From positions 97,406 to 161,405 of the forward strand of contig MEOA01000045.1 of the NCBI GenBank assembly GCA_001768515.1: DNA of 64,000 nucleotides. The letters run 5' to 3'. The first letter of the stretch is position 1, and every line of letters begins with the position of its first letter. Below the pieces are notes generated by a model, which saw only the letters and a list, made by a program, of their open reading frames with translations, was not told where the DNA came from and did no database searches. The position numbers and the translations under genes were made by a program. The stretch comes from Bacteroidetes bacterium GWE2_42_24 (GTDB lineage Bacteria; Bacteroidota; Bacteroidia; Bacteroidales; TTA-H9). Shown piece after piece: positions 57,698 to 64,000 of the stretch.

Positions 57698-57919
57698 TTA
57701 AACTTTTGCACGGTAAACTGTGATGACCCCGTCGGGGCATACAACAGCACAGTTGGCGCAACCTACACAGTTGCCGTTTACCTTGATTGCATAATTATAG
57801 CCTTTGCTATTGACCTCTTTCGACATCCCGATTACTTCCTGCGGACACGCCGTGTTGCACACTTCGCATCCCTTGCATTTTTCGATGTCAATTACAATGT
57901 CTCCTGTGATTTTTGCCAT
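57698..57919 (-). CDS. 2x[4Fe-4S] ferredoxin (delta subunit)
   Basis: CKGCEVC...CP and CVGCANC...CP; start at ATG 57919. Confidence 0.93.
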   Translation of the reverse strand: MAKITGDIVIDIEKCKGCEVCNTACPQEVIGMSKEVNSKGYNYAIKVNGNCVGCANCAVVCPDGVITVYRAKV

Positions 57920-58465
57920 AATGGTGTGATTTGTAGGTGCTCTGTAATTATTATTTAGATGCACGAAAGTACTGATTTTACCCCAAAGCGCCTAATTTTC
58001 ACCCTTCAATTTGTATAACGCCTCTTAATTTATAACTGATATAAATAAATGATAAACGCCTATGCAATTGATACCTCGTCACTTTTAGTGTGAATTTGAG
58101 AACCGTCCTGAATCACGTGTTCGAATTTGCTCATTAGCTGTATTGGTTGCTGTCGGTACAAATCCAAAAAGTAACGATCAGTGTGGCTGTGATGGAACGG
58201 TGAAATGAAAAACTGGTTCCTGATCCTGATCAGGGCATGTACCAGCTGCCATCACTTTTTGTTCTAAGTAAAATGTTGTCAGGATATTACTTATAATTAA
58301 CTGAGCGCGTTGATTGTGCCAACCAATTGATATTTAATGTGCAGGCTATCGCCGGTGCGGCCGTCGCGTGTTCCGGGTTAGCAGGTGTATTGCCGAACTG
58401 TTTTCGCGACAATTCAGGGGTTATGCCTCCCCTTTTTTCGGGAAAAGTAATGATGAAAATTTGTC

Positions 58466-58898
58466 ACCACTAAAACTGTGCCAAAATTTTTACATAATTA
58501 ATCCTCCCACATATAAAAATTACTCCATAGTTACTACAGCCATAGGCGATACATAAGAAAAACCTATCTTTGACCTAACTTTGGCCTATCTTTGGGGTAG
58601 CTCAGCTATATTTTCGACTTCTAAATAACATATGATCAATTAGATAAAATATTGAGTTTTGTGACAGCGTGTTACGAAAAAATTTTGAAAAAAGTTGAAA
58701 TTTTTTCTCAGGAAGGGTGAAACAAGCGTAATAATGCGTCCAAAATTTGGAATTACATTCAAGAGACAGACAATAAAAAGTCGGGCATCGTTTCCTGATA
58801 CAATTATGAAAAATGGTTTAGATGAAGGTTAGATGAATAGGTAATTTCAAATGAAAATTGCGCGCCGCATGATAGCCTGAAAGAAGCATATCCATTCA
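58466..58898 (-). repeat. Dispersed non-coding module, copy 3 (inverted)
   Basis: Reverse complement of 58530-58563 matches the core at 33/34 nt; similarity to copy 1 extends about 430 bp. Confidence 0.92.
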
Positions 58899-59519
58899 AA
58901 TATAGGGGTTCATTCACAATAATGGTGCTAGTTGTTATTCATTGAATCCCGGTTAGGTTGGTTGACCGTGCAGCCCGATGAATGGTGGAACCAGGAAATC
59001 AGGAAATGCTGTACCTGCCGGTGACACACCCTGTCGGGAAGTTGGCCCGCAGGTAAAAAAAGTCATTGCTGCTCCATGATTCCGCAAGATTTTCTACTTT
59101 TGGCTTCAATTGAGTGCCGGTAGTTCACAATCCGTCTGCAAGGCTTATCAGGTGCCGAACCCCGGGAAAGGGGAGCGGCCATGATAGTGGTAAAAGGCCT
59201 TTTTTCTGCAAAAAGTCCTGCACGCGTTTTTGCTCATAACGACTTCACGACCAAAAAGTTAGTACAATTATGCTGTAACTGACGTGGCAGAGCTGTGGGG
59301 GGGGGATGCGCTATTGGAATGGATGGAGGTAAGTTGATATGAAAGAGATGCGAAAGCGCGAATGTCCCGTTAACCATTAAAGTCATACAACGAGCCGGTT
59401 AGTGAATTCTTTTAACTGAAGTGATTCTTTCTGTGTAATATGAATCGGTTGAATAAATTGAGTATTTTTGACAGCACCGTTTACCTTAAGGTGATTGAAT
59501 ATAAGTTATCAGATAAACG

Positions 59520-59742
59520 GCAGTAAAGTGGTGAATGAATTAGAGAAAATCATGTACTATTGGTTGAAAAGGAACCTTCTGATGTTTTTTTTTCGGCAAA
59601 TCGTTAACGATGCTGAGAGACTTCTGCCAATTATGGCTCATGGAGGATTGGTTGTCCGGGAGGTAGCGGTCAACTTTCAGAACGATGAAAAAAACCCGAC
59701 CAAAGCATTCAGATAATTATTAATCCCTATGACATGCTATAG
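59520..59742 (+). pseudogene. Possible decayed 3' end of a tyrosine integrase
   Basis: 59701-59742 reads QSIQIIINPYDML*, similar to the ..SIQKIKSPFDDL* tails I recall for Bacteroidota XerD-like/integron-type integrases. An upstream frame gives YYWLKRN where LHWLRHS would be expected. Confidence 0.3.
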
Positions 59743-59774
59743 TTATTTATTTACGGAAAACCGCCCTAAATGTG

Positions 59775-59960
59775 ATGATATAAGGCCAAATTGGGGGTAT
59801 ATCAGCAGGTTTGGGGGAATATATACGAGTTGTGTTTCATGCTAAGAAAGACCGCGCAACAAACGCCAACGCACATTTGGCACATTTGCAAGCCCTAACC
59901 CACAAGCTGATGCTTCAGCTTGCAAAAGAGCCGAATTTTTGCCAACGCACATTGATAGAC
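59775..59960 (+). other. attI/gene-cassette-like junction plus structured leader
   Basis: TTGGGGG(n)TAT direct repeats 20 bp apart, then GA-GTTGTGT (GTTRRRY-like), then nested hairpins and a 13-bp direct repeat before the ATG. Confidence 0.4.
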
Positions 59961-59967
59961 TAACAAT

Positions 59968-60624
59968 ATGGATGAAAACGAAAAAATAAGAAGTTATAAG
60001 GACAAATTAAGGATTTTCTTGATTCTATATGTGTTCAGTGAACCGCATACTGATAATGAATTACCTAATGTTAGAAAGATTTTTCAAAGTGAGCAAAGAA
60101 TACAAAAAATAGACTTTTTATTACGGAATCCAGATTACTTATGTCACGAATTACTTGAGAAAGCTAAATCCAATATAAGTTTACAACCAGAAATTAAGGC
60201 AATTGTAAAAGATATATTCGCTAGTAAAGAACCAATTTTCAAAAGATTGGAAATGGAAAGGTTTTTCTTTGGAGCCTATGAGGATATTGATGATGTAATT
60301 GCATTTTTAAAAGGTATTGGTTTTATTGATTTTTCAAGTAAAAGGAGGGCAGATTTAAAAACAACTATAGAAAAAAAATACTATATAACACAGTATGCAA
60401 TTGACAAATTTGAAAATGAAATTGAATCTTTATCCTCGATTCAATGGTACCTTAATAGATGTAATTTGATAAAAAAATATTTTGGAGATTTAAGTGGGAG
60501 CCAATTACGTATTTCTCAATATCAAATTGATGAGTATAAGAACACTTCATACAATGAATATATCGGAAGCATCAATGGAATTGTAAGTTCTGAGTTCTAC
60601 AACCTTTATTCAGAAACATTATGA
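59968..60624 (+). CDS. Hypothetical protein, wHTH-like 'middle component' of a putative ABC-three-component/Lamassu-like system
   Basis: RIQKIDFLLR..Y, RFFFGAY..IDD.IAFL..IGFI, KYYIT wing pattern; ATGA-coupled to the ATPase. Confidence 0.7.
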   Translation: MDENEKIRSYKDKLRIFLILYVFSEPHTDNELPNVRKIFQSEQRIQKIDFLLRNPDYLCHELLEKAKSNISLQPEIKAIVKDIFASKEPIFKRLEMERFFFGAYEDIDDVIAFLKGIGFIDFSSKRRADLKTTIEKKYYITQYAIDKFENEIESLSSIQWYLNRCNLIKKYFGDLSGSQLRISQYQIDEYKNTSYNEYIGSINGIVSSEFYNLYSETL

Positions 60625-62738
60625 GTTTTGATTTCAAAAAGTTCACGAACGATTTATACGAAGAGTATAAAGAATCATTAACTAAAGAAGCAGTTGATGA
60701 TTTACTCAACTTAAATGATGAGTATAGTAAAGATACACCTGTTTCAACAGGCAAAAGACTTGTAATTAATAATGTCAGAATTATTGGAGAAAAGGAAATT
60801 TCTCCTAATCAGGATTACTCAGGTGCAAAAATTGATTTTTCTTTACCGTTTACATCAGGCATTAATATGTTAATTGCGGATAACTTGAAAGGAAAATCTA
60901 GTATTTTCAAAGTAATAAAATATGCCTTAACAGGTTCAAATTCACTTAAAGCAAATATTAAAAAGTGGATTCATCTCGCTTTCGTTAACTTCAGTATTAG
61001 TGATAAAAAATACACGGCTTATTTAGATTTATCTAAACGAAGCTTAACTGCTTATTTGCTTAATGGTTTTATTAGTTCCGTTGAGGAATTGGAAACCTAC
61101 TCAGAGGAAATAATATTTGAAACAAATAGTGAAACCACATATCAGGATAGAATGAATGATTTTTTCTTTAATCAATTCACATATTATTCCTTAAAGTGGA
61201 CTCAAAAATCCTCGCAAAAGGATAAAGACGAATTACTTGAAGCAGGCGCAAGTTGGAAGACTTATTTTAAATCAATTCTTTTGGAGTCAAAAGATAGTAA
61301 TAGCTTGATGTATGGAGACCAAGGGAAAAAAGTATTTCAGATGCTTTTAGGTATTGAATTAACTTACCCAATAAATCGTTTAAGCATAAAGAAGGATATG
61401 CTAAATTTTGAAAAGGCTAAAGAACAATCTTATTCCGAGCGACAGAAAAAACAAGCTGAAAGTAATTTATTAAAACACCAAAGCCGACTGAAGGAAATAG
61501 AATCAGAAATTAAAGAAATTCAAACAAAAAATAATGAAAAAATTAATCTGGCTCCAATTTATAAAGAATATAATAGCACTTTAGAACTTATTAATTCTGA
61601 AAATAGAAAAGCTCAAAAAATTGTGACGGACAGACAAAATAAGAATAAAGAACTTAACTCATTTAAAAATAAACAGGAAACAAATCAAGGTGAAATAAAT
61701 AGGTTATCTAAGGAACTTGAAAAGTTAATTAAACAAAGAAATGATTTAAAGGAGTATGTTGAAATTGGTGTGTTGTTCTCAAATTTAGACATTAAACATT
61801 GCCCATCCTGTAATCATGATGTTACTGAATCGCAGAAAAAAAACAGACTCGAAGAACACAAATGTTCTTTATGTGGGGACAGTATCGAGGATGAAAACCA
61901 TGAAATTGACACAGATGTATATGATGAAAAAATAGCAAACCTAGAGCTTTCAATTCAAAGCTTTGAAAAGGAGATTGATAGTCTTAAAGTTCAAAATAAA
62001 GAGTTACAGGAATATTATAGTAACAGTTATAATGAGCTAATAGGTATTGATAAAGTAGCAGATACGATTAAAGATGTATCTTCTATTTCGTCTAGGTTGC
62101 AGGAATTAGAAGAGATTATCAATTCTTCAAAAACTGAAATAACTCCTGACGATGATAAAAAAGAAAAATTAATAGCAGAAAGAGCAGTAATTCAATTTCA
62201 AATAATTGATTTATTGAATCAAAAACCTAAAACAGTAACAGATTATGAAACTAAAATTCAATTGTTGAATTCTGCAATTGAAAAACTTTCAGAAGAGCGA
62301 CTCTCATTAGGTGCAAGAGTAATTAATCGATTATCAAAATTAATGACTGATGAGATTCAGGCTCTTGGTTTAAAATCTATAACAGAGGTTAAAATAGATG
62401 ATAATTTTGAAGTTCAATACAAGCAAGATAATGACTATATAACTTTTGAGAATATTGCTGAAGGAGAGCAACTAAGAGCAAAAATTGCCTTTTATTTAAG
62501 CCTTATACAATTAGATATTGAATTTAATTTTGGAAGGCACACACGTTTACTAATAATTGATAGTCCTGGTAAAGAGGAAGCTGATAAAAAATATCTTGAT
62601 GGGCTCTCTCAAGTATTAAATAGCATTGATAGCAGGTACAGTGATTATTTACAAATATTAATAGGTACAGCCGAAAGGCAATTGTCAGGCATTCTTAAAA
62701 ATCAAAAAGAATTTGCCATTGATGAATATGTATTTTAA
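60621..62738 (+). CDS. SMC/Rad50-like ABC ATPase with coiled coil and Zn-hook-like centre
   Basis: Walker A ADNLKGKSS, long coiled coil with CPSC..CSLC, signature-like IAEGEQ, Walker B LLIIDSP. Confidence 0.88.
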   Translation: MSFDFKKFTNDLYEEYKESLTKEAVDDLLNLNDEYSKDTPVSTGKRLVINNVRIIGEKEISPNQDYSGAKIDFSLPFTSGINMLIADNLKGKSSIFKVIKYALTGSNSLKANIKKWIHLAFVNFSISDKKYTAYLDLSKRSLTAYLLNGFISSVEELETYSEEIIFETNSETTYQDRMNDFFFNQFTYYSLKWTQKSSQKDKDELLEAGASWKTYFKSILLESKDSNSLMYGDQGKKVFQMLLGIELTYPINRLSIKKDMLNFEKAKEQSYSERQKKQAESNLLKHQSRLKEIESEIKEIQTKNNEKINLAPIYKEYNSTLELINSENRKAQKIVTDRQNKNKELNSFKNKQETNQGEINRLSKELEKLIKQRNDLKEYVEIGVLFSNLDIKHCPSCNHDVTESQKKNRLEEHKCSLCGDSIEDENHEIDTDVYDEKIANLELSIQSFEKEIDSLKVQNKELQEYYSNSYNELIGIDKVADTIKDVSSISSRLQELEEIINSSKTEITPDDDKKEKLIAERAVIQFQIIDLLNQKPKTVTDYETKIQLLNSAIEKLSEERLSLGARVINRLSKLMTDEIQALGLKSITEVKIDDNFEVQYKQDNDYITFENIAEGEQLRAKIAFYLSLIQLDIEFNFGRHTRLLIIDSPGKEEADKKYLDGLSQVLNSIDSRYSDYLQILIGTAERQLSGILKNQKEFAIDEYVF

Positions 62739-64000
62739 TGGATAAATTAGTTGACATATCAAATTTTAAAACATTAAGTACTCCTGAGAAACTTAATTTC
62801 TTAGATGATAGTTTTGTTGATTCAATTAAAGATTTAGATGAAAAAACTTTAAATGTCTCATTACGGACTATTATCCTAGATTCTGATGAAAATAGTTACG
62901 TAAGGAAAATTGTTTTAGCGTTATTTACTGAACTAGTGGTTCTAGGTAGATTAAAAACTCGTCACGCATTTAGTTTATTAATTGATGATTGGAAGCCTAG
63001 TACTGATATTTTTTTGGAACTTCAAAGGCTTAAGGATCTGCTCTTATATTATGAAGTATCTATTGAAGAGAGTGAAGAAATTGAATCTGTTTTTAAAATT
63101 GGTATAGAAAACTCAGAATCAGAAATAATAGGACAGAGTCTATTTAATCTTGGCATTATTTCATTAGTTAAAGCACTAAGGTCAACAATTGAAGAAGAAT
63201 ATAAATCAACCCTTGATAAAAGTGATTTTTATTTCCAAAAATCAATTGAGCAGATTGAAAACCGCGTTGACTCTTTTTTTTATCAAAAGGTCATTCTGAT
63301 ATTAAAGGAACTTTTATTAAGCAAATGGGGTTCTGCAGTTCAATACATAAAGGAACTTGGGAATTATCTTTTTATAAAAGAGGCATTCTCATTCAAATTT
63401 GATTTCGATAATTTACAGTATGGATTCTATAAAATATTAACCTCATTGCAACAAATTTGTATTCAACAACCAAAAAACTGGATTGATTACAGATTAGAAC
63501 TCGATAAAGTGTTTTTACACTTTTCCGAGATTACAAATTCTAAGGTTACAAATCGACTTAATGAGAAATCACTTTTGGATAAATTGGGAATACATCTTAA
63601 AGGCAGAATACTTGAACCTTATTTTGTAATTAATCTAAGTACTGAAATTACTAAAATAGATGTTTTGCTTAGGGATATTCGTGAAGGTTCTTCTGAATTC
63701 AATTTTCTTCAATATCTTAAAACCCTTATAGAAGGAACAAATAAAAAAAAAGTTGAGTTTGAAAGTCTTGAATCAGGATTTAAAAATCTTTTCCCAAATC
63801 AAAACCCTAAATTAATTGCCCAAGTAATTAATGAAATTAAAGTACCATCCGATTACATAAGAGCATTTGAATTACTTACCCAAAAGAATAACGACAACTT
63901 AATAGGTCATATAATGTTTGCTTGTTCTAAACTACAAGGAGATAAAAAATATTGGGGCAAGGATGTTTACGAAAATGACAGAAATAGATTTATTGCTACG
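62738..64000 (+). CDS. Large helical (HEAT/TPR-like) protein, truncated by the window end; candidate effector (absent from the ORF track)
   Basis: ATG overlaps the ATPase stop (TAATG); 421 open codons MDKLVDISNF...ACSKLQGDKKYWGKDVYENDRNRFIAT run to the edge. Confidence 0.85.
   Translation, partial: MDKLVDISNFKTLSTPEKLNFLDDSFVDSIKDLDEKTLNVSLRTIILDSDENSYVRKIVLALFTELVVLGRLKTRHAFSLLIDDWKPSTDIFLELQRLKDLLLYYEVSIEESEEIESVFKIGIENSESEIIGQSLFNLGIISLVKALRSTIEEEYKSTLDKSDFYFQKSIEQIENRVDSFFYQKVILILKELLLSKWGSAVQYIKELGNYLFIKEAFSFKFDFDNLQYGFYKILTSLQQICIQQPKNWIDYRLELDKVFLHFSEITNSKVTNRLNEKSLLDKLGIHLKGRILEPYFVINLSTEITKIDVLLRDIREGSSEFNFLQYLKTLIEGTNKKKVEFESLESGFKNLFPNQNPKLIAQVINEIKVPSDYIRAFELLTQKNNDNLIGHIMFACSKLQGDKKYWGKDVYENDRNRFIAT

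Noticed and set aside
59495-59716. 73-aa ORF as a functional gene
   Set aside because: TTG start and no recognisable fold; better viewed as chance or as part of a decayed integrase.

Overview
Chromosomal window from an anaerobic Bacteroidota (Bacteroidales-like) organism. The assignment rests on TAnnTTTG -7 promoter boxes, A-rich leaders lacking Shine-Dalgarno motifs, and typical gene content. Most of the window is housekeeping or metabolic: amt plus a porin and a NarL-type two-component system, etfBA-acd, clpC, gyrA, hemW, miaA, pdxB, ligA, a split pntAA/AB/B, a TetR-TolC-MFP-RND efflux block, a 2-oxoacid:ferredoxin oxidoreductase operon, tRNA-Thr(TGT) and tRNA-Gly(CCC). Two things stand out. 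(1) A 290-430 bp non-coding module occurs three times (about 4113-4545 +, 28823-29110 +, 58466-58898 -). It contains a palindrome, three tandem 11-bp repeats, a nearly invariant 34-bp core and a sigma54-like TGGCAC box, with spacings of exactly 185 and 111 bp in all three copies. Each copy is followed by about 0.5 kb of ORF-poor DNA. (2) At the right end is an AT-rich, translationally coupled three-gene candidate defence operon (wHTH-like protein, SMC/Rad50-like ATPase, large helical protein truncated by the window edge). It lies just behind what looks like a decayed tyrosine-integrase tail and an attI/cassette-like junction. All calls come from reading the sequence; no database searches were run.
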